A program made the translations under genes and the position numbers. A stretch of 64,000 nucleotides of DNA, taken from Spirochaetota bacterium (GTDB taxonomy: Bacteria; Spirochaetota; UBA4802; UBA5368). The notes below the pieces were generated by a model, which saw only the letters and a program-made list of their open reading frames with translations, was not told the origin of the DNA and made no database searches. Each line of letters opens with the position of its first letter. Positions within the stretch are counted from its first letter, which is position 1. Shown piece after piece: positions 38,821 through 48,778 of this stretch. The stretch spans positions 42,862 through 106,861 of the forward strand of contig SCSX01000084.1 in assembly GCA_004297825.1 (NCBI GenBank), given 5' to 3'.

Positions 38821-38914
38821 AGCGCGCATCCTTAAATAATGGACTTTTTTTGTCAAATACTTTTTGACTACCGAGGGGGAGACGCACGGGCCCCGATTGT
38901 ACGCGGCGCATGCC

Positions 38915-39211
38915 TTATTTCCCGGCGTTCTTGCTGCCAATCTTGGCGAGCAGCATATCGATCTCTTCCTGGTCGAGCCATTCGTCGACATGCGTGGGCT
39001 TGTTCCCGGTCACCATCAGGAACATCTCCATGGCCATGATGAGGTCTTCCTTCGTGAGGACCCCCGTCGTGACCAGGATCTCGCCGATAAGCCGCTCCGG
39101 GTTGTCTTTCTGCAATGCAAGCGCCTCGTCCAGCTGTCCCCTGGAGATGAGTCCGTTCTCCATGAGGAATTCGCCCACCCTGACGTCTTTATGCTGCCCG
39201 TTAGTTTCCAT
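38915..39211 (-). CDS. Stand-alone MshEN-domain protein (putative c-di-GMP binder)
   Basis: RVGEFLMENGLISRGQLDEALALQ followed by LIGEILVTTGVLTKEDL. Confidence 0.75.
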   Translation of the reverse strand: METNGQHKDVRVGEFLMENGLISRGQLDEALALQKDNPERLIGEILVTTGVLTKEDLIMAMEMFLMVTGNKPTHVDEWLDQEEIDMLLAKIGSKNAGK

Positions 39212-39446
39212 GGAACGCTCCGGTTGATCGTGTCCGGGACCGAGTTGCGTGACGCGCATGCACCGGCGCATGGCTGAGACCATAGACGCCGGCGGCTCCT
39301 GCTCACACAGACTGAAGTATATTCAGTCAATTTTCGAAAGTCAAGTTTAAAAATTATTGACTGATAACACATTATGGTCATATTTACACGAGGCTGTGAA
39401 GCGCGCATTTTCCCGGATTCGTGCGCGGGACAGGCCGGCAGGGGAT

Positions 39447-40070
39447 ATGAAGAATCGCATTCCAGGCTTACAACGTATGGCGCCGATGCTCGTGCTCGCG
39501 TGCGCTCTGCTCGCAGCAGGCGCGCATGCGGCGAGGGTGGAGCCCGCGTACGTGGGCACGCCGCGCTGCAAGGTCTGCCACGATTCCGAAAACATAGGAA
39601 ACCAGTACCGCATCTGGGCGCTCTCCCCGCATTCGAAGGCCTACCAGATACTCGCCGGGGAGCGGGGCAAGGCGGTGGCGGCGCGGAACGGGGTCGAAAA
39701 CGCGCAGGAAAACGCGGCCTGCCTCAAGTGCCACACGACGGGAGGCGGCGAGAGCGGGAAGACCATCCCCGAGGGCGTGGGCTGCGAGGCCTGCCACGGT
39801 CCCGGGAGCCTCTACAAGGATTTTTCGAGCCACGCGACCATGGGAAGCGGTGAGCGGCCCTACCAGAAGTCCGTGTACAGAAGGGCGATCGCGCTGGGAA
39901 TGAAGCCCGTGCTGGGACCCGACGCGGTGAAGGCGCGCGAGAAGCTCTGCACCGCGTGCCATTCGATCGAGCGCCCCTGCGCCCCCGAGGACGGCGAGCT
40001 GCGCAAGCGCCAGCAACTCCCCCTGCAGGCCATCGCCGACATCCCGTTCAGCCACCCCGTCCGCAGGTAG
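39447..40070 (+). CDS. Exported tetraheme cytochrome c (c554-like)
   Basis: Signal peptide; CKVCH, CLKCH, CEACHG, CTACH. Confidence 0.85.
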   Translation: MKNRIPGLQRMAPMLVLACALLAAGAHAARVEPAYVGTPRCKVCHDSENIGNQYRIWALSPHSKAYQILAGERGKAVAARNGVENAQENAACLKCHTTGGGESGKTIPEGVGCEACHGPGSLYKDFSSHATMGSGERPYQKSVYRRAIALGMKPVLGPDAVKAREKLCTACHSIERPCAPEDGELRKRQQLPLQAIADIPFSHPVRR

Positions 40071-41028
40071 GCTTTTTCTCCTGGTCGATCCCCATCCAGC
40101 GCAGGCCTTGGGCTCTCAGGAGCAGGGCCTGCAATTCCCGGTTAATGTCGCATAACGGAAGATAAGCCTCGTCGGACATCGCGTTTTCCATGGAGAACGC
40201 GTCCATCCCCATGGTATGGTATATCCGCGCGAGCGGCTCGCGCACGAGGTGGATGTTGCCGGTGAACTCGATCTCGCGGTTGAGGCGGTCGACGAGCACG
40301 AAGAGCTGCTTGCGGAAAAGCAGGTTCGCGAGGTATCCCAGTATCTCGCGAGGGGACATGACCGCGCGCGCGATCCGGTTGAGGCCCGATATCAGCTCGT
40401 GCACGTACAGGCCCTCGCGCATGTCCTTGTACGGGTAGAAGGGGACGCGTTTCGCGTCCCCGCCCGCGAGCGCCCTGCGGATGAACGATGCGAGGTCGAG
40501 GCCCGGCGCCCCCATACTCAACAGCACGCCCTGGAAATCCCGACCCTGGATGCGGGCGAAAAGATCATCGGCCCCCGCGCACACGACGGCCTCGCAGCCG
40601 AAGCGTTCGATCACCTCCGTGAGCACCCGTGCGAAGCAGGGGTCCGGTTCCAGGATCGCGAACGAGCCGCAGGCAGCGCCGGGTTTTTCTGCGATCGCGG
40701 CGAGAATATCGGCGAGGTTGGCGTCGGGTTGGGGACGCAGGAGGTCGGCGATGCCGTTCCGGAGCATGAACGCGCACAGGTCGTCGGCGGGAAGCGGGGA
40801 AAGGAGCACGGTCCGCGCCCCCGCTTCCCTCAAACGGCTTGCCGTGTCCTTGTGGGTGCCGGTCTCTTCCCGCATCTCGAAGAGCGCGAGAGAACCGGCG
40901 GGTAGCTCTCCGGGAACGGACGGCAGGTCGCCCGGCGCGGGGTCGAGCGCGGACACGGAGAAGCCCGCGCGGGAGAGGCGATCGCCCAGCGCGGGGTTGT
41001 TCCGGGTTATGAGCAGGATGTCTCTCAT
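40048..41028 (-). CDS. Protein with degenerate receiver-like domains
   Basis: AILEPD...VL..VIERFG......A...LF..I....FQGVLLSMGAPGLD resembles REC but lacks the phospho-Asp. Confidence 0.55.
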   Translation of the reverse strand: MRDILLITRNNPALGDRLSRAGFSVSALDPAPGDLPSVPGELPAGSLALFEMREETGTHKDTASRLREAGARTVLLSPLPADDLCAFMLRNGIADLLRPQPDANLADILAAIAEKPGAACGSFAILEPDPCFARVLTEVIERFGCEAVVCAGADDLFARIQGRDFQGVLLSMGAPGLDLASFIRRALAGGDAKRVPFYPYKDMREGLYVHELISGLNRIARAVMSPREILGYLANLLFRKQLFVLVDRLNREIEFTGNIHLVREPLARIYHTMGMDAFSMENAMSDEAYLPLCDINRELQALLLRAQGLRWMGIDQEKKPTCGRGG

Positions 41029-41512
41029 GTGCGGTACGCGCGCGCGCGAAGGATGTGAATTCGAAGCGATCCGCGGCGCCGGGTTTGCGTGCACCACGGG
41101 GGTGACTGCGCGGTGACGCCCTGCAATCCCCGAATGTGCGGCGGGCGTTTCACTTCCGGCAGACCCGCGCATCGGCGCCCGATATTTTTAAAATCACGTT
41201 CGATAACCGCGCGTTCCGGCAGTGCGGGAGAAGCGAGTGAAAAAACACGGCCTTATGCGGGTTATTCTCAACCACGATCCGGTCCCCTGCGCCGGTCACC
41301 GCGAAGGAAAAAACGCTCGGCATGGTGAATGATAGCATGGATGCGGTTCCTTTTTTTATTTTTCCGGGATGATCCACGTATCTATAGAGAGGAAAGCGCT
41401 ATGTCAATGAGAAAATCGACCGGGCATCGAGGCTGCATGGCACGGTTTTCGAATTGACTTTCGCCGCGACATGCGTCCTCATGAGCGGCAGCACTACAGT
41501 GGAGGTTTATTC

Positions 41513-42097
41513 GTGGACAGCGTTAAAAAATATCTTTTCGTCGAGAAGCTTCTTCCCCGCGTCTCCCAGGCGGGATTTTTCATCACGGCGTTCGCCTGGT
41601 TCATGCGCGCAAGCGCCGTACTCACGGGCCTGGGCGTTCTCGCGGTGTGGGTTTTGCTCTGGGCCCGTATCGGGGACCTCGACTGGCTGGGGATTATCGG
41701 CGGCGTGCTGGGGCAGATACTCATCCTGGTGTTCGGGTATACGGCCGTGCACATCCAGCTCCTGCGCGCGCGGGACGTCGCGGCGCTCCCGCACGCGGCG
41801 GATTACCGGGTGATACCCATCGTCGTCATCTTCATGAAAACCTGCGGGGAGGTGCTGGCCGCCTTCTTTTTAATCGGAGGAATGGTCCTGGGAATCTTCG
41901 TATGGTGCGCGGGAATGATCCCGGCGCGCCTGCCGGGATTCGGGTATTCCGGCACCGGGGCGATGGGTGGTTTCATGTTCATACTGGTGGGCGTGGTCCA
42001 GGGTTTCCTGGTGCTGTTCTTCGCGCACTTCATCGCGGAGCAGACCGGTGTGTTCGTCGATATAGCGCGGAATACGAGGAAGGAGGACCGGCCATGA
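41513..42097 (+). CDS. Hypothetical membrane protein
   Basis: GGAGG RBS before GTG; four hydrophobic segments; ends VFVDIARNT. Confidence 0.65.
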   Translation: MDSVKKYLFVEKLLPRVSQAGFFITAFAWFMRASAVLTGLGVLAVWVLLWARIGDLDWLGIIGGVLGQILILVFGYTAVHIQLLRARDVAALPHAADYRVIPIVVIFMKTCGEVLAAFFLIGGMVLGIFVWCAGMIPARLPGFGYSGTGAMGGFMFILVGVVQGFLVLFFAHFIAEQTGVFVDIARNTRKEDRP

Positions 42098-42567
42098 CGG
42101 GAGCGGGCAGGCTGGGATCATTCGCGCTCAACTCGCTCGACAGCGCCCTCACCGCGCTCTCGGGCGCGGCGGGGGGACTCCTGCTCGTTCAGTTCCCCCA
42201 GTTCCTCGCACAGTACCTGCAGCGGCTGGGCGGCCATATCGACGAGGCGACCCTCTCTGCCGCGAAATTCAAGCTTCCCGAGCTCGCCGCCCGGGCCCAG
42301 GAGCTCAAGGCCGGGCTCGACGCGATATCGGACGCCCCGGTCTTATGGAAGCTTGCGTCTTTCATTTATCACGCCCAATGGGATATCGCGAAGGCAGCGT
42401 ACAAGAATTTTACGCCCGGCATGACCTTCAACGACGCGGGCCTGCTCTACTTTCTGTGCGGCCTGGCCGCGGGGCTGGTCCTGTACGGCGCGCTCAAGGC
42501 GCTCGGGAAAAAAATGCTGGCGCCGGTATTCACCGGAAAAACGGCACGGGCGCGGGGCGCCGATTAG
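42094..42567 (+). CDS. DUF2937-like membrane protein
   Basis: QFPQF..QY.QRLGGH.DE; ATGA overlap with the upstream gene. Confidence 0.7.
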   Translation: MTGAGRLGSFALNSLDSALTALSGAAGGLLLVQFPQFLAQYLQRLGGHIDEATLSAAKFKLPELAARAQELKAGLDAISDAPVLWKLASFIYHAQWDIAKAAYKNFTPGMTFNDAGLLYFLCGLAAGLVLYGALKALGKKMLAPVFTGKTARARGAD

Positions 42568-42788
42568 CCGGGTTTCCGGTATGTGCGCTTCAGCCTTGAA
42601 TACGAGCTGCCCGCATTCCAATTATTTATTTGCTTTTTAAACCGGACGGGTATAAAAAACATTACCGATTCGGCTTCCCTTGACCCGGGGGCGCCGGGGA
42701 TTCCGGCACAGGACCATGTCCATTACATCCCCCGCGCATGCCGTTCGCGGCCCGTGCGGGGAAAAAAATTCGACCAGGAGAAACCATC

Positions 42789-43850
42789 ATGAAGCGAGGC
42801 ATTCGACTCCTTATCCCCCTGTTCATCCTAATGCTGGCGGCAAGCGCCGGCCCCGTCACCGCCGCGGATATGTTCGTCAAGGACGTCGACCACGACGGCT
42901 TCCCGGACGACCTGGAGATCAAAACTAAGAACGATCCCAAGGTGAACGAGGCGCTTAAAAAAAGCACGGCGGGCGGGAAATGCGGTGTCATAAAAACGGA
43001 CCTTTTAAAGATCGGCGCGGCGCAGAACGTGCTCTTGATAGTAGACGTATCGGGCAGCATGAACGAGGCCATGAGCGGCTCCACCCGCATGGAAATCGCG
43101 AAGAGGATCATGACCAAGTACGTTGACGCCCTCCCGGCTTCCATGAAGGCGGGCCTCATGACCTACGGCAACGCCGACTGCGGTGACGAGAGCATACAGC
43201 TCCTGGTTCCCCTTGCCCAGTACAACCACGACGCCCTCAAGGCGCAGATCGCGGCGCTCGAGCCGCGGGGCTCCACGCCCATAGCGCTTGCGATTGCGAA
43301 GGCCATGGAGTTCCTCAAGGGGCTCGAGCGAGAGAACAACAGCATGATTATCGTAAGCGACGGCCAGGAAAGCTGCGGCGGGGATCCCATCAAGGCGATC
43401 ACCGACCTGAGGGAAAGCGGCGCGAGCCCGGAGGTCACGGTTATCGGTCTCGGGGTGGATGCGAACACGCGCAAGCAGCTCGCGAAGATCGCCGCGTCGT
43501 CGGAAGGCGTCTACGAGGACGTAAAGACCGAAGAAGACCTCGTGAAGGCGTTCGGCAATTTCTTCAAGAAGCTCTCGGGCATGTACAAGGATATCGTGTG
43601 TATCGTGCGCCAGTACAACGTTTACCTTTCCAACGAGACCGACCAGTTCAACACGAGCAAGAACTATATCCTGAAGGCCTCCACCATGTCCAAGGACGAC
43701 ACGCTCACGGCCGCTTTAAAAAATGTTCAGGCGCGCATAGAGCAGAACCATGCGGACCGGGTGGCCGCGCAGAACAAGCTGAACGAGATGATAAAGAACA
43801 AGCTCGACGAAATGGAACTGTCGACGAAGGCGTTCATCGGCACCAAATAA
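42789..43850 (+). CDS. Exported VWA-domain protein
   Basis: Signal peptide, DVDHDGFPD Ca-binding-type motif, DVSGSM MIDAS, TPI, SDGQESCGGDP. Confidence 0.85.
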   Translation: MKRGIRLLIPLFILMLAASAGPVTAADMFVKDVDHDGFPDDLEIKTKNDPKVNEALKKSTAGGKCGVIKTDLLKIGAAQNVLLIVDVSGSMNEAMSGSTRMEIAKRIMTKYVDALPASMKAGLMTYGNADCGDESIQLLVPLAQYNHDALKAQIAALEPRGSTPIALAIAKAMEFLKGLERENNSMIIVSDGQESCGGDPIKAITDLRESGASPEVTVIGLGVDANTRKQLAKIAASSEGVYEDVKTEEDLVKAFGNFFKKLSGMYKDIVCIVRQYNVYLSNETDQFNTSKNYILKASTMSKDDTLTAALKNVQARIEQNHADRVAAQNKLNEMIKNKLDEMELSTKAFIGTK

Positions 43851-44007
43851 AGTTCCCGTGACGGGACGGGCGCCGCGCCGGGATGGGCGCTGCGAACGCA
43901 CCGTGTTAATCTACGCGAATGGCCTTCGGCCGCGCTGAAACACGGCGCGGCCTTCCCATTTAAAAGATGTAACGTAATGAATATGCTTCCGCGGAGGCGT
44001 GCGAGAG

Positions 44008-44541
44008 ATGGCGCTCGATCGATGGAAAACCCTGTCCACTAAGCTGGTAATAAGAAATCCCTGGTGGAGCTATATCTTGGATACCGTGCGGGGCGCGGGA
44101 GGACGAGAGGGAGAATACCATTTCGTCCGCACCCCCGGTTCCGTGATAATCGTTCCCGTGCGCGACGACGGCGCGATCGTCATGGTGCGCCAGTACCGGT
44201 ACCTCATGGAGCGCGAGAGCCTGGAATTCCCCGCGGGCGGCATGAAGGAAGGGGAGGCCCCCGCGGAGCGCGCGCGCCGGGAACTGATTGAGGAAACGGG
44301 AATGGATGGGAGTATCGAATTCGTTGGAAGGTTCAATCCCTGCAAGGGAATTATCGATGAATGGTCCCACGTATTCATCGCACGGGACCTGATGCCGTCG
44401 AATGAATTCCACAAAGATGATTCCGAAGAGTTCGAGATCGACGCGCATCAACCAAGTGAAATCGATCGCATGATCCGGGAAAATGAAATCGCGGATGGAA
44501 TGACTATGGCCGCATGGGCCATGGTCGCGGGAAAAGTGTAA
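44008..44541 (+). CDS. NUDIX hydrolase (ADP-ribose pyrophosphatase-like)
   Basis: VRQYRY, EFPAG...GE.....ARRELIEETG. Confidence 0.9.
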   Translation: MALDRWKTLSTKLVIRNPWWSYILDTVRGAGGREGEYHFVRTPGSVIIVPVRDDGAIVMVRQYRYLMERESLEFPAGGMKEGEAPAERARRELIEETGMDGSIEFVGRFNPCKGIIDEWSHVFIARDLMPSNEFHKDDSEEFEIDAHQPSEIDRMIRENEIADGMTMAAWAMVAGKV

Positions 44542-44546
44542 TAGGT

Positions 44547-45152
44547 TTACGCGTACTTTCTAAATACGCCTGCCAGCTTTCCCAAAATTTCCACTGTTTC
44601 CGGTATGATAGGTTTGTAAGCCTTATTTGCGGGCAGGAGTTGAATGGCGCCTGCCGTTTTTTTAAAAATTTTGAGTGTCGCCTCGTCTTCGAGGAGAGCA
44701 GCCACGATCTCCCCGTTCACCGCGGTATTCTGCTTCTTGATGATCGCGAAGTCGCCGTCGTGTATTCCTTCCTCGATCATCGAATCGCCCTTGATCTTGA
44801 GCGCGAAGAATTCCCCGGAGGTGAACATCGAGGCGGGAAAATCAAGGTATTGTTCGATATTTTCCTCCGCGATAATGGGCGAGCCGGCGGCGATCCGGCC
44901 AACGAGCGGTACCTGGATGGAATCTGGCACGATTACACGGGCCGGACCGGCAAGCTCGATTGCCCGGGACTTGTTCTGGGCGCAGTTGATGTATCCTTTC
45001 TTTTCGATGGCCTTGAGATGGTCATAGGCGCCTTTCACGGTTATGGAGAATCGGTCCCCGATCTCCCGTACCGTGGGAGGATACCCGGATTCCCTGATGC
45101 TCTGCTTAATAAAGGAAAGTATCTCGTCCTGGCGGTCGGTGAGCTCTTTCAT
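44547..45152 (-). CDS. lexA: SOS repressor LexA
   Basis: GYPPTVREI, IAAG cleavage site, GDSM catalytic Ser, ATLK catalytic Lys. Confidence 0.95.
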   Translation of the reverse strand: MKELTDRQDEILSFIKQSIRESGYPPTVREIGDRFSITVKGAYDHLKAIEKKGYINCAQNKSRAIELAGPARVIVPDSIQVPLVGRIAAGSPIIAEENIEQYLDFPASMFTSGEFFALKIKGDSMIEEGIHDGDFAIIKKQNTAVNGEIVAALLEDEATLKIFKKTAGAIQLLPANKAYKPIIPETVEILGKLAGVFRKYA

Positions 45153-45165
45153 GGGTATCCTCCTA

Positions 45166-45211
45166 TAGTCTAACTAAACATTAAACTAGCATACACCGGT
45201 ATAGATGTCAA
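45166..45211 (-). promoter_or_regulatory. lexA sigma70 promoter with overlapping inverted repeat
   Basis: Minus strand TTGACA-17bp-TAGTTT with TG extension; imperfect inverted repeat TAGTCTA-N9-TAAACTA at 45166-45188. Confidence 0.6.
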
Positions 45212-45358
45212 GCAATTATTTCTCCGGGTCCGTGATTTTTTAACCCGGTAGTAACCCGGCGCGATCAATTGAATAATTCTTGCGAAAAAAAACAGATTGT
45301 GCGTATCCTTATTCGCGGCAAGGAACCCTGCCTTAAAATACATTATCGAGGTGTTGGA

Positions 45359-46138
45359 ATGAGAAACAGGAAATTATTGTTTTTAATCGCGTCCTTCACG
45401 GTCTTCGCGTTCGTCGTTTCCTGCGGCGGCGTCAAGACGCTTCGTTCCATACCGCGGTCCGAACGCAAGGGACTGGCCGCCCTCAACTTCATGAACAACA
45501 CGCAAAAGAGCCGCGCCGAGGAATTCCAGCCCTGGGAGGTGGGCCTCTCGTCAATGCTCACGACCGACATCGAATCGATCGGGATGTTCAACATCATCTC
45601 CAAGGAACGCATGAAGGACGTGATGAAGGAGCAGGAGATCCAGATGACCGGTCTCGTCGAGGAAAAGGACATTGTCAAGGTGGGCAAACTGGTAGGCGCC
45701 AGCTACATTCTCGCGGGCTCCTTCACCGAGATGAACGGGATGATGCGCATCGAATCGCAGGTGTACTCGGTGGAAAAGGGCATACAGCTTGGAACGGCTG
45801 CCGTGACCGGAAAGACGGGCGATTTCTTCGAGCTGGAGAAGCAGCTGGTCACGAAGGTCACCGATTTCCTCAACGTGATACTTACGGAAAGCGAACAGGT
45901 CATCATCAAGGCCAAGGTCGAGACGAAATCGGTCGAGGCCTCCCTCTCCAACTACAAGGGGGAGATTGAGCTCATGAAGGCGAAGGAGCTTGAGGACACA
46001 GGAAAAAAGGACGAGGCACTGAAACTCAAACAGGTGGCGAAGGAGGAGTTCCAGAAGGCCCTCAAGGAAGACCCCAACTATGAAAAGGCGAAGCAAAACC
46101 TCGCCAAGATCGTGAGCGCGATACCCGTTACGCTGTAA
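45359..46138 (+). CDS. Lipoprotein with CsgG/FlgO-like domain and C-terminal TPR
   Basis: Lipobox VVSC; ER......EQ.....G.V......GKL.GA..IL.GS; AL..DPNY..A..NL. Confidence 0.75.
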   Translation: MRNRKLLFLIASFTVFAFVVSCGGVKTLRSIPRSERKGLAALNFMNNTQKSRAEEFQPWEVGLSSMLTTDIESIGMFNIISKERMKDVMKEQEIQMTGLVEEKDIVKVGKLVGASYILAGSFTEMNGMMRIESQVYSVEKGIQLGTAAVTGKTGDFFELEKQLVTKVTDFLNVILTESEQVIIKAKVETKSVEASLSNYKGEIELMKAKELEDTGKKDEALKLKQVAKEEFQKALKEDPNYEKAKQNLAKIVSAIPVTL

Positions 46139-46377
46139 CCGGTCCGGTCACATCCCGGCGTCCGGACCCCGTGGCGGTGCGCCGGGAAAAACCTGCTTCG
46201 CTGAATTTTGTATCCCTTCCATGAAACCGGCAATTCCCTGCTGGTGAAACCGGCCGGTGTGGTCGATAATCAAACGAGGGCGCGGGTCACACGAGCGGCG
46301 CGCGGGCGATTAATCTTGACTTTTGGCATTTTTGAGCCCACACTATAGCACTTATCGCATTATTCCGGGGGAAAGCC

Positions 46378-46929
46378 ATGAAAATAGTGGTGCCGCTGGC
46401 CGAGGGCTTCGAGGAGATTGAGGGAGTGACCATTATCGACGTGCTGCGCAGGGCCGGGCTCGACGTCACCACAGCGCACGTGGGAAGCAACCCGGTGAAA
46501 GGCTCCCACGGAATTTCCGTTACGGCCGACAGGCCGTTGTCCGAGCTCAAGGCGGTCGACTTCAATTGCATCGTACTCCCGGGCGGAATGCCGGGAAGCG
46601 AGAATCTCAGGAAGAGCGATACGGTCATTTCTTTCATCAAGCATATATTCTCGAAGGGCGGAATAACAGCGGCCGTGTGCGCGGCCCCGATCGTGCTCGC
46701 CCGCGCGGGGGTGCTGTACGGAAAGAGGGCGACGTGCTTCCCCGGTTACGAGGCGGAGTGCGAGGGCGCGACCATGACGGGGGCCCCGGTCGAGCACGAC
46801 GGTACCGTGATCACCGGGTGCGGGGCGGGCTGCGCGCTTCCCTTCGCGCTCGAGGTGGCGGGGGCGCTCGCGGGCGAAGCCGTAAAGAAAGAATTGATCG
46901 GCAGAATGCGCGTGTACTGGATGGAGTGA
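46378..46929 (+). CDS. DJ-1/YajL family protein
   Basis: GFEEIE, DVLRRAG, PGGMPG, AAVCAAP, TCFPG. Confidence 0.92.
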   Translation: MKIVVPLAEGFEEIEGVTIIDVLRRAGLDVTTAHVGSNPVKGSHGISVTADRPLSELKAVDFNCIVLPGGMPGSENLRKSDTVISFIKHIFSKGGITAAVCAAPIVLARAGVLYGKRATCFPGYEAECEGATMTGAPVEHDGTVITGCGAGCALPFALEVAGALAGEAVKKELIGRMRVYWME

Positions 46930-46932
46930 GCC

Positions 46933-48414
46933 GTGGCGGTTGTAGAATCGAAAAAAAGCGTTTTCAGGGCGGGGGCGTACGTCTACATCGAGGGTGATGA
47001 AGACAGCGATGAGATATTCATCGTGGAACGGGGCGAAATCGAGCTCAAGACCGCCGGCGAAAAGATAAAAAAATTCAACAGCGTCATCCGCCCGGGCGAG
47101 GTGTTCGGCTTCACTACCGCCCTGTGCCGGCGGCCGCGCATGGATTCGGCCAGGGCGCGGCGCGATTCGATCGTCATTGCCATACAGCGCGACAAGTTCA
47201 TCGAGATGGTCCAGAGCAATCCCCCCGTCGCGCTTAAAATCGTGAATTACTTCGCAGGGGAACTGAGGGCGTACAACGAGATGATGTTCTCGCTGGACGA
47301 CGAGGACCGCGACATCCTTCCCGACGAGACCCGCCTCTTCAACCTGTGCGAGTACTACTACGACAAAGCGGCCTACCAGTATGCGCAGTATTCCTGCCAG
47401 CGCTACCTTGAGCTTCACCCGGACGCGCCCAACTCCGCGTCGGCGCGCACGATGATCAAGCAGATCGAGCAGGTGGACAACCGCATGATGCTGGAGCCGG
47501 TGAAGACCGGCATCTACAAGCTCTACGCCGACAGGCAGATGATCTTCTCCGAGTACGAGCAGGGGAACGAGCTTTATATTATTAAAGAGGGGAAGGTCAA
47601 GATCATCAAGGTGAGCAGCGACGAGGAGATCATGCTTTCCGTGCTCAAGGAAGGCGATATTTTCGGCGAGCTTGCGATAGTCTCCAACAAGCCGCGCAAC
47701 GCCTCCGCGATCGCGTGGGGGAAGACGACCCTGCTTCCCATAGCCAAGGAGACCCTCCCCGTACTTTTAAAGAAATCACCCGGGATGATCAACCGCATCT
47801 TCATGGCGATCAGCCAGCGAATCTGGTTCACCTACATACGGCTCGAATCGCGGGTATACTCGAAGCCCGTCACGCGCGTCTACGTATTCCTGGAAAACAA
47901 GCTTCTCGAGGAACACCACTCGCTCAAGGACACCCAGCCCGTCACGCTCAACTTCGGGATCGACGAACTTTTCCGCATGATGGGGATTTCCCCTTCCAAT
48001 CCGGGGCCGGTCGTGAACCTGCTTATGGACGACAACAACCTGAATTTCAATTTCGGACAGATCACCATAGAGAACCCGACCGTGCTTTCCATGAAGGCGA
48101 AATTCCTGCGCTCCCGCGACCATATCGTCACGGGCGATGAGGGAGAGGAGCAGCCCAGGAACCAGCGCGCCCGCACCGAGCAATCCTCGTCAGGCGCGAT
48201 GGAATCGGAGGGACTCGAAGCGACGTATGATGAGATCCTTCCGCCCGAGAAGCCCGCGAAAAGCACGCCTACCCCGCGCCCCGAACCGGTCGCGGAATTC
48301 GAACAGGAAGAGGATAAAAAGCCTGCTCCCGCGAAGAAGGAACAGGCTCCGCCGACCGGGGAAGCCGGAGACGAGCTTAAGCTTGTTTCGGATGAGATTT
48401 CTTTTGATATGTAA
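46933..48414 (+). CDS. Tandem cyclic-nucleotide-binding protein (cNMP-TPR-cNMP-Crp-like)
   Basis: GEVFG...R.DSA; GDIFGE.A....PRNASA; intervening TPR-like helices; acidic Pro-rich tail. Confidence 0.8.
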   Translation: MAVVESKKSVFRAGAYVYIEGDEDSDEIFIVERGEIELKTAGEKIKKFNSVIRPGEVFGFTTALCRRPRMDSARARRDSIVIAIQRDKFIEMVQSNPPVALKIVNYFAGELRAYNEMMFSLDDEDRDILPDETRLFNLCEYYYDKAAYQYAQYSCQRYLELHPDAPNSASARTMIKQIEQVDNRMMLEPVKTGIYKLYADRQMIFSEYEQGNELYIIKEGKVKIIKVSSDEEIMLSVLKEGDIFGELAIVSNKPRNASAIAWGKTTLLPIAKETLPVLLKKSPGMINRIFMAISQRIWFTYIRLESRVYSKPVTRVYVFLENKLLEEHHSLKDTQPVTLNFGIDELFRMMGISPSNPGPVVNLLMDDNNLNFNFGQITIENPTVLSMKAKFLRSRDHIVTGDEGEEQPRNQRARTEQSSSGAMESEGLEATYDEILPPEKPAKSTPTPRPEPVAEFEQEEDKKPAPAKKEQAPPTGEAGDELKLVSDEISFDM

Positions 48415-48429
48415 AAGGCCGTAATGAGG

Positions 48430-48774
48430 TCAGCGGGTCGGGGAAGAGAGCACGGTGATGTTCCTGATCATGCGCACGGTTCGGGAGTGCTTCCCGTCCG
48501 CGGTTTCGAGCTTTGTTTCGGTCATGTCCGCTTCGATTGCGATTAAGCCACCCTGCCGCGCCGAAAGCTGTTTCGCTTCCACGGGCGCCACTTCGTAGCT
48601 CGCGCCGTTCTCCGCCCTGAAAACGAGCTTCGCGAAGGGGGCGTTGCCCGCCATTGCAAAATGTCCCTTCAGTGAAACGCGCTCGCTGCCGGCCGGTTGC
48701 GCCGAGCAGCACGCGAGAATTAACGGCACGAGAAGCGCAAGCGCCGATATCAGCTTTGTTCCATGAAGGCGCAT
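48430..48774 (-). CDS. Hypothetical lipoprotein
   Basis: Signal peptide ending ILACC; GNAPF. Confidence 0.55.
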   Translation of the reverse strand: MRLHGTKLISALALLVPLILACCSAQPAGSERVSLKGHFAMAGNAPFAKLVFRAENGASYEVAPVEAKQLSARQGGLIAIEADMTETKLETADGKHSRTVRMIRNITVLSSPTR

Positions 48775-48778
48775 CAGG

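Noticed and set aside
41150..41377. Small minus-strand ORF
   Set aside because: No recognisable motif or convincing RBS, so it cannot be supported as a gene.
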